From assembly GCA_965178125.1 (NCBI GenBank), contig OZ237750.1, positions 744,001-808,000 on the forward strand: 64,000 nt of DNA, in the 5' to 3' direction. Both the position numbers and the translations under genes were made by a program. This DNA comes from Bilabrum cf. latius (taxonomy: Eukaryota). Below are positions 26,583 through 38,754 of the stretch, piece by piece (the stretch's first letter is position 1; each line of letters begins with the position of its first letter). The notes beneath the pieces were generated by a model. That model had not been told where the DNA came from. It did not search any database and worked only from the letters and a program-made list of their open reading frames with translations.

Positions 26583-27855
26583 TCACTCCTCGAGCGGTTT
26601 CCGGTACCCGAGGAGAGCCCAGAGTAGATGCCCCGCCCGCGCTCCTTCCACCCATCGAGTAAGCCCTTCCGCGGAGGACCTCATGTATTCCTCCGTGATG
26701 CCCGCCTTGGGTCCAGCCTCCAGAAGCACCTGCTTGGCCCGGCCGTAGTGCACCGGGAGGCTGGCGGAGCCGTCCAGGCACAGCACCTTCTCCAGGCCAT
26801 ACTTCTTGGCGCACTCGTCGTAGATTGCCACGCTTCCCATAGATTCGATGTTGAGCCGGTCGTAGATGGGGGCGAGCACGCGCTCAGGGGCAGACTCGGA
26901 CCGGATCAGGTCCGTGAAGACAAACACGCCGCCGGGACGGAGCACTCGCTCCGCCTCGCGCAGGATCGCTTCCTTGTTCTCGCAGTGCAAGAAAGCGTCT
27001 TGCGACACGATGATGTCGAAAGTCAGTTCATCGGCTCCCGTGTCAGTGTAGCTTGCCTCCTCCACACGTATCTGCCGGCCAACCCCAGCCTCCTCGTTTC
27101 TCTCTTTGTTCGTGTGATTCTCCACAGAGCTGATGTCAAAGCAAGTGACTGAGCTAATCCCAGGGAGTTCTGCCAGCGCCTGGCGCCCGAAACCTCCGAT
27201 ACCTGCTCCAAAATCTGCCACTTGCAGTTCGCCGCCGGAAGTTGCAGCAAGTGGCTGCACCTGCTTGATCGCCGCGCAGAGCCGACTGATCGCACCGCGT
27301 GCCGCAATCTTCATGCTTTCACATATATCACTAGCTGATGTAGGCCTGCTGAATGAGCCAAACGAAAAGAACTGGAACGTTGGGTGCGAACAGTTGGAAA
27401 GATACGTCGCAGCGAGAGGATCCAACGCGATCAGCGTTTGGCGGACCGGGTATTGCTCAACTCGTGCTTGTCTTCGGTGCAATAAACACCAACGTGGATG
27501 TTTTCTCCTCCCCAAAGCGAGTCTGCGCAACCAGGAGCAAGCTGGGGGCCTGAACCGCTGCTGGAGTGCATGGAGCAGGGGGGGACGGAACACTTGCGCA
27601 ATCGCAGCGCATTTGCTGGCTTACAGAACTTGACTGCGTCTGCGATCCAGTGCAAGGTGTGTATTAGCAATATTTATTGTGATTATTGGAGCGAATGGCC
27701 CAGATAGTCGCCTCAGTGCGAGCAGAGCGCGCAGCTGACCACGTCCCAACTCGCTCACCCGAGCTATTGTAATATGCGGCCGTCGCCTCCTCTCCTGAGC
27801 ACGACAGCGGGCTCGTGGCCGAATCTTGGGATGAACTCGACGATGTGGCGGCCAT
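26583..27855 (-). CDS. Sarcosine/dimethylglycine N-methyltransferase-like class I SAM methyltransferase; 4 exons (27759-27855, 27625-27639, 27447-27522, 26583-27345)
   Basis: The spliced N-terminus gives YYNSSDAVKFYSLWGGENIHVGVY, typical of SDMT; motif I VADFGAGIGG, SQDAFLH, RVLRPGGVFVFTD; TGA stop. Confidence 0.85.
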
Positions 27856-28115
27856 GGCCTCTATACTACTCAATATCCTGGCGGTAGGTGTGAGGCGAGG
27901 GCACCGGAAGGCGGTCCGAACAGTGGGTCGCATCTTGGGGAGACGGTGCGACAGGGTTCCACCCGGATATGGATCGGATCAATCCAGCAGCCGCCAGCCG
28001 ATCGAGGTGTTGCAGGATGCACTTGAAAATGACCAAAAGCATAAAAATATAGCAAGCAAGCAAGCACGCTCAGCCAAACCCGAATCACACCCGACCGATG
28101 CGGCTCGCCGCGCCC

Positions 28116-30055
28116 TCACAGCTCATCCCAGCCAAGCGGCTGGTAGCCGTTGTCGTACGGAACGGGGCAGTCGTTGATCATGATGGGCGGGATAGGTAGC
28201 CCCCGCGTACCTAGGAGGCACCTAAAGCCTCTCAGCCGGTCCATCGGGTCAAGCTTTCCCTCGCCCTCGGGAGTGGTCATGTCCTTGGGAGACCATAGCT
28301 TCTCCGCAGTACCTGAGGCTGCAGGCCACACGTTGGCCATCCAGTTGGTCGCATCTGTGTCCTCTCCCCACCTGCTAGCGTGTGCCCCCAGCATGAGGGC
28401 GTCCATCAGGGCTGGATCCACCGGCTGGCTCGTGTTCGTTGGGTCGCAGTACAGGTTCTGCCAGTACTGGCTGTTCCAAGAACAGTTCAGGTACTCGCCT
28501 GCGATTCAGTGGACGGGGACAACAGATTGGGCACTCGAAATGATAGCCCGGTGGCCCAGTGGGGCTGCAAGCTTGCAGAGGGCAGGGCGGGAGCAAAGCG
28601 TTCTGCCTGCAGGTGGAAGGCATGCAGCAGGCGGACAAACTCACACATGCTCGACACGACAGCGGGGAATCCACTCTCCAGGACCTGAGGGAGCAAATAT
28701 TCGTCCAGCCTCCACACGTCCATCACTGCGGGCAGGCGGCCCCCAGCAGAGGCCCTCACCGTGTCCCACGTGGGCTTGGGGTGTGCAGCGAGGGCGAGGG
28801 CGCCCGGGTCCGAGATGTTGACTTTGGGAAGATTCGTGCACCCCGCTGCATCGCTCCAGAAGACTGCCTGCATGCCGAGAGCCTCGGCCATCTCGAGGCG
28901 CTGGGCGTGGAACCAGCACATGAGCGAGTCGGGGCCAGCTCCGCCGATGGTAACGTTGAGGTCTTCCGCAAGCTGCACGATGCTACCGTTCTTGGACCAG
29001 CACTCCTGGCTGGACACCTCGTCCCCGCCCAGACCGATCATGCCCCAGGGCATGATTTCGGCGAGCTGAGTGTACATGTCCTGCATGAGGCCCCAGTAGG
29101 CGCTGCCGGGAAGCACGTTGGCCAGCCCGCCCCGGCCCGTCTAGTTGCCGCAGATGATGCAGTCCGGGCAGCCGTACCCGAAGGCTGTCATATGACCCGG
29201 TCCATCGATCTCCACGCTGATGGCGAGTCCGCGGAAGGCTGCGAACTTGGCCAATGATCGCATGTCAGCGTTCGAGTAGAAGTGATTCTTCAACTTGCCC
29301 CAGGTACCCTTCTAGAGCTCTGGGTGGCCGTCGGGAATCCACGGCGTAGTCTGGTCGTCTGTCAAGTGCAAGTGGATTGTGTTCATTTTGTGCATGGCCA
29401 CGCTGTCGAAGGCAGCGTACAGCGTGCTCATGGGCAAGTAGTGCCGCGCTGTATCCACCAGCATCCCTCGCACGCCGAAACGTGGGCCGTCTGTCACGTT
29501 GTCGCCGGACATGGTGTACAAATTTCTGTCTGGGTCGAAGTAGGCGTGTTGCGCAAGCGTCTCCAAACCCCTCAAGAAGCCCCAAGTGGAGTTTGCCCTT
29601 AGCACACCATACGGCGCGGTTGTGAGCAGCTCGTACGACTCGTCCACCCTTAAGTAGGGACAAGGGGGGATGTCTGCTAGATTGCTAGATTTCAGCTCCT
29701 TGACGGCCCATGCCTTTGCCCCCGGCGCCGCTGTCCGTAGAGCCTCGACGTCGAAATCAGCTTGCGTTCCAGCAATTGTCAGGTTGATCCCGCGCAGAAT
29801 CTAGCCCTCAGGCACTGGCCAAGAGCGCCCGTTGTACCAAAGATACTTCTGATACCGATTGACGGCATTCTAGAGAATAACAGATCCTTGAAGCTCCCCA
29901 GTGAGCTGGAACGAAAATTCCGTGTCGCTTCCCGGCACAGGGTCGAGTGGTACGTGGCCTGATATACCCTCCTGGAATGCAGCTATTGGCCAAATGGCAG
30001 CTGCTGGAATAGCAAGAAGCAGTGCAGCTGCTATGGCTTTCGATCCAGCGGTCAT
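28116..30055 (-). CDS. Beta-N-acetylhexosaminidase (GH20), secreted/lysosomal; one intron 28499-28644; several in-frame TAG
   Basis: Signal peptide + IWP; DESYEL, GFLRGLETLAQ, PRFGVRGMLVDTARHY, KMNTIHLHLTDDQ, EIDGPGH, GGDEV, WGE...VWPAASGTAEKLWS; TGA stop. Confidence 0.92.
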
Positions 30056-30207
30056 GGAGGACGGTTGTACGGATGCGTTCGCGTGGTGTTGGCGCCGCGC
30101 AGAGTCCCGCTCGGTATGGTTCCGCAATCGCCATCAGTATTCCGTTGCCTCCACTAACCATCGTTGCTTCGCATTTTCTCAGCCACGGGTTTTGTTAATA
30201 TTCACGC

Positions 30208-33200
30208 ATGAGGCTATTCGTAGCGGCAGCTGTTGCCGTCGCGCACGGCTGTGCCGGTCAGGGCCTGCCATGGATCGTCGGGCGCAACGCGTCACTCTCA
30301 GTCAGCGGATCCTCGACGTACAAACTTGCTTTGAATGGCATGATGCTAGATTCAGCACCAGCTTTCGTCAACTGCAACGGGAAACGCTTTGTGGACGGCA
30401 CTGAGCTCACGAGCAGCGATCCTACCTTCAGCACCGGCTCAGATCCGCGGATGGGCACCTTCAAGAGCGTTCGGTTCGACCTTACGCCTGCATCAGCGGC
30501 TATCGGACAGCTCTGGTCTCCACCTCTGCACACTTCCGACGTGGCGCTGTCGGTCAAATTCGTGTACTACGCAGCGTGGGATGCGTTCCGGTTCGAGCAG
30601 GAAGTGCCTTTGGGATGCTCGAAAGGACTAAACCTGAGTGCGTTGCCCGTGAACGAGACCCTTCCGGGCGCCGCGAATTGGGAGGAGCAGGGTCAGCAGC
30701 AGCTGCTTGGCGCCGGCTCGCAGTACCACTCTGCCATCGCGACTTCCACGGGGTTCCCCTGCTTTGATGCGTCTGCCGGTAGCACCGTGCGATCTGAATC
30801 CACAGGATACACCATGTGGCGTGGTACGTTCTCGGACCTTGCGTACACCCGGGGGCAGGCCCTCTCGGAGTGGCTCGGGGGCGCGGAGACGGGCCCCACG
30901 GTGCTCTTTTCGGCCAAAGACGCCAGCGATGCGATGGTGCTCAGCGCCACGGACAGCTTCTTCACCGCCACCGTGGGGCAGGCCAGCTGCAGGCAGCTCG
31001 ACCCGTCCCTGGGAGCGGCGGCAGCGGTGCGCGGTCAGGGCGGCGAGCCAGGAGCCAGCTGCCAGCTGCACCCCAACACTGACTTTATGGGCAACGACCT
31101 CGGCAACGTTGTTGTCTCGACCTACCAGGAATGCTGTGACGCGTGCATCGCGGACCCGCAGTGCTCGTGCTGGACCTTTGACGGGAATGTATCTGGGCAG
31201 GACCACAACAAGTGCTGGCTGAAGACGAGCACGTCGGGCAACCAGACGGCCAGCCACATGAGCGGGGTGGTGTGCAGCGGCGACGAGGAGCAGATCACTA
31301 TGGGCGTGCAAGGGTACGAACAGGCCCTGCTGCCCGGCTCCTCCTTCTCCTTTGTTGTGTTCCCCAGGGCGGCTAGGGGCATTCAGGCGGCCATGTACGA
31401 GTGGGGGGCATTCCTCCGCGCACAGCACGGCACGACCAAGCTGGGGCCCGACGTCACGAATCTGCTCGGGTATGGCACGGACAACGGCGCGTACTACTCG
31501 GGCCACATTCCCATGCACAGCAGCTACCTGACCAACGCCTCTGCCCTCCTCCGGAAACAGGGCGTGCCCATCCGGTACATGCAGCTGGACCCGTACTGGT
31601 TTTCCTAGCAGCCGGACTGGGTGGCCAACCCGGACATCTTCCCTCAGGGCATCGTGCAGTTCAAGGAAGAGCTCGGGGTGCCGCTGCTCCTCTACAGCTT
31701 CGCGTGGAGCCAGGCGACGGCCAACTTCCCGGCTTACAAGCAGCGTGGGTTCAAGTTCGTTGAGTCGCGCAAGTTCCGCAACTACAACGACGGGACCGTG
31801 CACCTGGACCAGTTCGCGCAGTCGGACGGGGTGACATCGGAGGCCTTCTACGACTATATCTTTGCCATCCAGCACGATCAGCACAAGGTGATGGTGAGCT
31901 CTAACTTTGTCCGCATCCAGGCTTGGCGTGCTTGCAGCAGTCGCCACGTCGCCGCGGTGCCTGCCTACGTGGTCTGCTCATCCCATCGCGGCAGTAGCCC
32001 ACCACGCGCCACCGCCCTTCTGATTCCACCCTTCTGACTCCACCACCGCTTTTCTACGCAGGTATCGTACGAGACGGACTTTATGGATCGAAACGTGCTC
32101 CTGGTGAACCCCTTCCTCGCCAACTCGAGCCTGAACGAGCTGTGGGTGGCGGGGCAGGACGGCCCGCTGGCCAGGCGCGGTCTCACGTGGCAGCACTGCA
32201 TGAACCTACCTGCCTACGCCCTGGACACCGTCAAGCGCCCCTCCATCACGAACGCGCGGGCCTCCACGGACGCGAACCCGAACATCCACAACCGGTGGCG
32301 GATTGGGTACACGGGCCTCTTCTTCGACCCCCTAGGACTGAGACCGTTCTTCGACAACATCTGGACCGTGTCGGAGCAGCCGGGGAACTACTACAACAAC
32401 ACCAAGCCCAACATTGAGATGGACGCAGCCATCTCGCTCCTTTCCTCTGGCCCGGTTTGGATCGCAGACATGGCCGGCCTGACCAACCGGACCGTGGCCA
32501 TGCAGACCTGCAGGGAGGACGGGCTGCTGCTGCGGCCGTCCAGAGCAATCACCCCGATCGACGCGATGTTTGCGCTGCCGCCCTGGAAGGGTGGCACCGC
32601 CCCCGAGGACGCCTCCAACGGGGGCGAGGTCTGGGCCACGCACTCCGACCTGCCCAGCAGCGCCCCTGCGCCGCCGCCGGTGCTATGGAACGGTACGGAC
32701 AGCGTGGCCTCCCGCGCCATCAACCCAGCTAGAGACGGGCTGCCGGCCCGAGGCATCGCCCGGTCCTACACAGTGCTGGCAGTGGACCTGCAGCGCGTCT
32801 ATGGCATCAAGGCGGGGCAGCTGTGGCCGCCCTCGGCTGAGGGCCAGGCCTTCGTCGCCGCTCGGCACTCTGGAGCCTCGTGTGCGAGCCGGGAGGGTGG
32901 TGCAGCCGCCGATGGCTGCGAGCTCCAGCGGTTCGGGGGAGCAGGCGATGCTTCTCTGGGTCTGGTGACCGGGCCCGGCAATTCAACGACGCGGGCGCAC
33001 AGCCACGTCCTATGGACGGTCGCACCCGTGGAGACCAACGGGTGGGCGCTGCTGGGCGAGACGGCCAAAATCGAGTGGCGCTCCCCGCAGCGGGTGCTGC
33101 AGGCCACCCCTGCTTCCGCCGCGGGAGGGCCCGGAATCCAGGTGCGCGTGGCCGGCGCCCCGCGGGAGTCTGTCCGCCTCGAGTGTGTCTCACCGCAGCT

Positions 33201-33273
33201 GGCGGTGCACTCGGTGGTGCTGCAGGTGGGGGCAAGCGGCGTGGCCGACGGAGTGTGCGGTGCAAGCTAGTGA
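30208..33273 (+). CDS. Secreted glycoside-hydrolase-like protein (GH-D clan/GH36-like TIM barrel) with inserted PAN/apple domain; intron 31894-32061
   Basis: Signal peptide; PAN domain (NTDFMGNDL..ECCDACIADPQCSCWTF..CWLK); TDNGAYY, MQLDPYW, YETDF, QHCM, RASTD, LSSGPVWIAD, CREDGLLLRP; internal TAG 31606; final TAG directly followed by TGA 33271-33273. Confidence 0.7.
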
Positions 33274-33415
33274 TGGTCACGTGATGCGCGCTTCTGCGTT
33301 TGAACAAGACACAAGATTTGCTGATCTTAAAACTGGTATCACGCAAATGCACCGCTACACATCAGGGGAAGGCCTGCTCCGCAGGCAGCACACGACCATG
33401 CACTTGAAATCCCAT

Positions 33416-34664
33416 TCAACGAGCCGATGCAGACCCGAGGGTCGCAGCCACGAGCCCAGCAGCCACAGACAGCACGGAACTCGCTGCAGCAGCCATCGAG
33501 AAGGCTCCATCGTCGGCTTGCGTGCGGTCATCTCCGTCATCTGCTTCGTCGGCTTCCCCACCATCGTCATCGCGTGGCGCCTCGTCATCTCCTCCAGTGC
33601 CTGCGTCGTCAGCTGCCGACCCGCCGTCATCTGCACTGCTGGAGCCGCCACTTGGTCCATCATCGGCACTGCTGGAGCCGCCACTTGGTCCATCATCGGC
33701 GCTGCTGGAGCCGCCACTTGGTCCATCATCGGCGCTGCTGGAGCCGCCACTTGGTCCATCATCGGCGCTGCTGGAGCCGCCACTTGGTCCATCATCGGCG
33801 CTGCTGGAGCCCCCAGACGCGTCATCCGTGGAGCCGGAGCCGCCGCCGCCGCCGGAAGCGTCGTCCGTGGAGCCGGAACCGCCGCCGGAAGCGTCATCCG
33901 TGGAGCCGGAACCGCACGAGGGCATGCTGCGGGTTGTTGTTTGCCCCGAGAGTGCAGGGTGCGAGATGCCTGTAGTGAACTGGGGTGTGCCGCTCTTGCT
34001 GAGAGGAGAAGGATAAGAAAAAGGTAGGTGTGCCCAGATTGCTGCTCTCCTTCGAGGTAGCAGGTGGTGCGGGGCTCCCGGGTTGGAGGGCTCACGTCCA
34101 CTCGCAGCATGGGTCGCCCAGTTCGAGTCCTGCGCGTGGTGCTCTTTCTTTTGAAAGTACTAGCAAGTAATGGAAAAGGGTCATCCTTGGGTACGCATGA
34201 ATCTTTGCGGGTTGCTCACCGTTGCTTTGGCCATCGCCATCAGTGTCTGCCTCGCATAGGGCCTATGTCCATGTTCGCCTGCAAGGGTCCAAGGAAATAA
34301 ATGTTTCCAGACTAGTCATTAAAAAATAGCACGGGTTCGAGTGATATAATCGTGGGGATGGGACGCTTTTGCTTTCGTGGCCACCTCTGGATTGCTCACC
34401 CCGCAGTTGCAAAGGCCTGTCCGAACACGTTTCTTCCGCCGCCCCCGCTCGAGCGTGTGTGACCTACACCCGGCCAGTTGGGAACGCTCGCTCCGTTTGG
34501 AATATCCTGCGCCGTTTGGTGGTGAGCAACCGATTCACGTGTGCACGCGCCGTTGGCTGCCGGCATGTACGCAATCAAATACCCTAGGAAATCCTCACTG
34601 ATTGGTACGATCTGAAGCCAATTGCGTATGGTACGAATAGCGATGCGACAGCGAGCAGTTTCAT
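33416..34664 (-). CDS. Temptin-like secreted protein with Ser/Gly/Asp repeat stalk and probable GPI-anchor signal; 5 exons
   Basis: Spliced translation MKLLAVASLFVPYAIGFRSYQSDIPNGASVPNWPGVGHTRSSGGGGRNVFGQAFATAGRTWT*ALCEADTDGDGQSNGLELGDPCCEWTKSGTPQFTTGISHP; all four introns GTGAG..CAG in the correct phase; TAG at 34263-34265; hydrophobic C-terminus; TGA stop. Confidence 0.85.
33634..33912. repeat. 33-bp coding tandem repeat (GGSSSADDGPS x~5, plus 3 related GSGSTDDAS units)
   Basis: Unit ctgctggagccgccacttggtccatcatcggcg repeated almost perfectly inside the temptin-like gene. Confidence 0.95.
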
Positions 34665-34870
34665 GATTCCGCTAGATCGCAAGCAACCGGTGTTATTCAT
34701 CAATTCCACGTCACACGTCAAAGTGGGGTTCCATGAGATCTATTCGAACGTTCTTTCTTCAGGAAAGATCGGATCAAGTATTAGTTCCGGTCTTCTGCGC
34801 AGAGTCCGCCGAGAACGCACTCGCACAACGAAAACTCGAAAGCAACGTACAGAGAAATCAAGCAAAAACA

Positions 34871-36778
34871 ATGGAAAACCTACCAATTCAGTCATTTCCT
34901 TCTATGGAGGACCTTTTCGGAAGCGACTTGGAGGCGCACGAGATGCATGCCATCCGTTGCGAGATGGGCGAGCCTGCCTCGACAGGAGAAGCATGCACGA
35001 AGAGTACAGCAGCGGTTGCCGGCAAGCACAAGCCAATTTCAGGTATAACAGAGACTGGCACGCACTATGCAGCAAAGATGAGCAGCAACCAGCAGATCTC
35101 GGGTGCTTCGAGCCGCCGCGCCTCAGTTTCGGTAGCGGTGGACCTTGGGAGTGGCCAGTCTGCGATGCGAAGCGCAGGTTGCAGAGAGGATTCTACCGAG
35201 GAGATTGATCACTTTGTAGATGCGTTTGCGAGCGGCAAGCACGGCTCGTTTGGTGCGACAGGTCCTGAAGGGAACGCCGACCAGAACGACCACGTCCTGT
35301 GTTCCGTCGATGCATATATGGCAGCCGATCCCTTCGATGGGGTGCAGCCACCCAGATTGCCCGCTGGAGATGTGGCACTCTCCAGCATGAGCGAGTGCTT
35401 CCGGGGCGTGAGCGCCGGCGCGGCCTCCTCCGGGCTGTCTGCCCTGGGCACCGTCTTGTCTCAGATGGGGTGTATCGTGTCGCAGTCCCAATTCCGCATC
35501 CATGCCGAGTGGAGCCCAGCATAGAACGCGCATCTAGGAGACGCCATGGGCGTCAAGAATGTCCGGCATAGTGGGGTTCTCTCTGCAGTGGGCTCTTTCC
35601 GCGCTAGCGTGCAGCTGCACAGGGTATCCCCCGGCACAGTGCTCGCCGACGGGGAGGTGGCCTCCGAGGGGGACGCGGGGAAAGGGGGCCTGTTCGTGGC
35701 GGAGGTAACCTTCGATAGGCACGGCAACAGCGACAATTTCGCAGCGGCCAGGATCGTGCAGATGGCCGCACGAGCCGCCCTCACGCACGCGGGCTGCCCC
35801 TCAGTCGAGGTAGAGAGGAAGGCCGCCGATGCCGCCGCCGATGCTGCCCCCGCCGCGGGGCCGGCCGCCGACTGGTACCCCTCGGACGCGACTAAGCTGC
35901 TCTTGGAGGTCAGAAGGAGCGCGCAGTCGCTTGTGGAGGCGCCTGTGGATAGCACTGAGGCTGCTGTCGAGGCGAGCGCGAGGCTGCAAGGGGCCGTGCG
36001 CGCGGCGCTGCAGTCCAAGGCCAGCCACGCGCTGTGCTGCCTGGCACTCGTCACGACTGGGGCCGTCAAGCACCTCTGCGATGCTGCGGGTGGCGAGACG
36101 GCGTGCCATCCGGCGGTCCGTGCTGCAGCGTGCTCCGCGCTGCACACCGCCTCGCCTGTGCTAGCCGAGTGCGGGCGGGACACTGTGCCCCAGGTGCTTG
36201 GTGCCATGGCCCGTGCCCTCTCGGGGGCGCTGCCGGCTCTTGAGGAGGCCCAGAGGGCGGCAAGCATGCCTGTGGGTGCCCGGGGAGGAGCAGGAGGAAG
36301 CGGCTTGCGGCGGTGGGCGGGGGCGGATGCGGCTGCTGCGCTCCAGGCCCTGCAGATCGCCGACCGGGTGCTGCAAGAGGGCAGCGACTTTGGTGAGGAT
36401 GACGAGGGCAGTGACGCTGAGGAGGAGGAGGGGTTCGGCGGCGGTAGCATGGTTGGCGCCATCGGGTCTCCGCTGGTGCGGGCTGCGATTTTGTCCGCCG
36501 CCACGACGTACATGGACGCAGGCGACTTGCCGGCTGCTGGTGACCAAGCCATGAGCGGGGCAGGGTGCAGCGAGGAGGACGTCGGCGAGCTCGAGCAGGA
36601 GGCGATGGATGGGCTGCTGGCGAGCGCTCGTACCGCCGTGCTCTGCTGTGCCGGCGCCGTGGTGGAGCTCTCCGCCGCGGCCAGGGCCCTGGATATCGGC
36701 GAGGGCGAGCAGCCAGCCGAGCAGGTGCTCGACCGAGCAGCGCACGCCGTCGAGCCCGTTGTTTCGAGCAGCGGCTAA
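34871..36778 (+). CDS. Hypothetical protein (~635 aa), possible KA1-like fold followed by Ala-rich helical repeats; C-terminus may extend to 36915 via a frameshift
   Basis: ORFs 34733 and 35546 are in frame across TAG 35522-35524; GC-rich coding-like codon usage; TAA at 36776-36778. Confidence 0.6.
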
Positions 36779-36948
36779 ATTACATGTTGTACATACAGCG
36801 GATGAACGCAAAAACAGAAGCGGAAACAGGAATCAACCCCAAATCTTTCGACGAACCGGACAACGGAACCAACCTCAAGGCCTTGCTGCGCGGCGCCGGC
36901 GCAGCAGTCTCTTAAAGACTCTCTTTGGCATATTACATCCTTTTCACG

Positions 36949-38442
36949 ATGCGATGTGGCCAGGCAATTATGTCTTCTCTAGCTATTGCCGTATCGGTCG
37001 GGTATGCGGCTAAAGCGGTTCGGCCGCTCGGCTGGACGGCCCATCAGAGTTTCCTGCAGCACCGGGCAGGGATCGTGGCAAGCTCGACGGAAGGTGCTGC
37101 ACCCAAAACGCAATATTTCTAGGATCAAAAGCTCGATCATTTCGAGCAGTCTTCTAAAACTTGGACGCAACGGTTCTGGGTGAACGACACCTTCCACACG
37201 GGAGGGGATGCGCCGGTTATGGTCTTCATCAGTGGGGAAGGCGCAGGGGCGCCGTTCTGGGTTTCTGAGTCGGAGGCCACCTACTTTGCGGAGCAGTACG
37301 GTGGGCTTGTGATCGAACTGGAGCATCGCTTCTACGGCGCGAGCTTTCCTACTGAGGATGCGAGCACCGACAATTTGCGGTACCTGTCCAGCGAGCAGGC
37401 GCTGGCAGACCTCGCGTGGTTCCAGCTCTACGCGCAGAAGGAGCTGAACGTGGGGCCAAACGCCAAGTGGGTCACGTACGGTGGCTCGTACGCGGGGGCG
37501 CTCGCCGCGTTCGCGCGCCGCAAGTACTCTAGCATCCACGCGGCCGTGTCAGCGAGCGGCCCCGTGCAGGCCCAGTACGATTTCGCGGGGTACATGGACC
37601 AGGTGACCGAGTCCCTGGGCATGGCCGAGGTGGGCGGCAGCGAGCAGTGCCAGGACGCCGTGCGGATCGCCTTCCAGAACGTCTCCCAGGTGCTCTCCTC
37701 GGGGAACAAGGACTCCATCGGGGCCCTGTCCCAGCGGTTCAAGTCGTGCACCCCCCCTCTCACCGGGGACGACCAGTGGCTCTTCTCTATGCAGCTGACC
37801 GACGCCTTTGCCGGCACCGTGCAGTACAACGGTGAGGGGCAGCAGTACACCATCGAGACGCTGTGCCAGCAGATGCTGCTGCCTGCTTTCAAGGACCCGC
37901 TGGCCGCCCTGGTGAACGTGAGCAACTCGATGCTCGGAGAGGAGAAGTGCTTCTCGCCCAGCTGGGACGACTACATCAAGGAGCTCAGCGATGACACTCT
38001 AGCACCCGAGACGGGCGTGGGAATCCGCCAGTGGACATACCAAACCTGCTCACAGTTTGGATATTACCAAGCATGCCACCAGGGCGACCCCAACTGCGCC
38101 TTCAACCCCTAGCTGGGCCTGGACCAGTTCGGCAAGACGTGCCAGCAGGTCTTCGGCATCTCGGAGCAGGACAACAGGGACTCGATCGACTTTGTCAACC
38201 AGTACTACGGGGGCAACTCGACCGAGGCGGCCGGTACGAGGATTGCCTACACGAGCGGGAACGTCGACCCCTGGCACAGGCTAGCGGTGCAGCGGGCGCC
38301 CGAGGGCAGCGAGTACGTCGCCGTGGTGGTGGACGGGGCGGCGCACTGCCGCACGCTGTACTACCCCCGTGAGGATGACCCGGAGCCCGTCAAGCAGGCG
38401 CACAAGGCCATCGGGGAGGCACTCGCGAAGTGGTTGGCCTGA
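36949..38442 (+). CDS. Serine carboxypeptidase family S28 (PRSS16/PRCP-like), secreted/lysosomal
   Basis: YF*DQKLDHF..WTQRFWVN, GEG, ELEHRFYG, LSSEQALADLA, GGSYAG (nucleophile), RQWTYQTCSQFGYYQ, GNVDPWH, AHC; TAG at 37120 and 38110; TGA stop. Confidence 0.95.
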
Positions 38443-38754
38443 TGAGGCGCGGGTGGTCGTGCTTGTGCCGTCTCGCGTCGTTCTCTCCGTTTCTGCATGT
38501 GGCTGGCGTGGTGTTTGGAATTGCCATTCGGACTGCAGCTACCCTTGAGCGCGGCAGCTTTGCCCAGGCAGTGCATTTGTGATCGAATCACTTGCTGGGC
38601 TGGAGCCCTGCCGCGTACTTGGGGTGTCGCTGGCTCGAGTTGCTTGACAGATTTCACTGCCATTGGTTCTCCTTCTCAAGTGGAACAGTCAGGCATCTTG
38701 CTAGTAATTTTCCAGCGGATCTTGAAGAAAATCCATCATAGATCCTCCTCTAAA

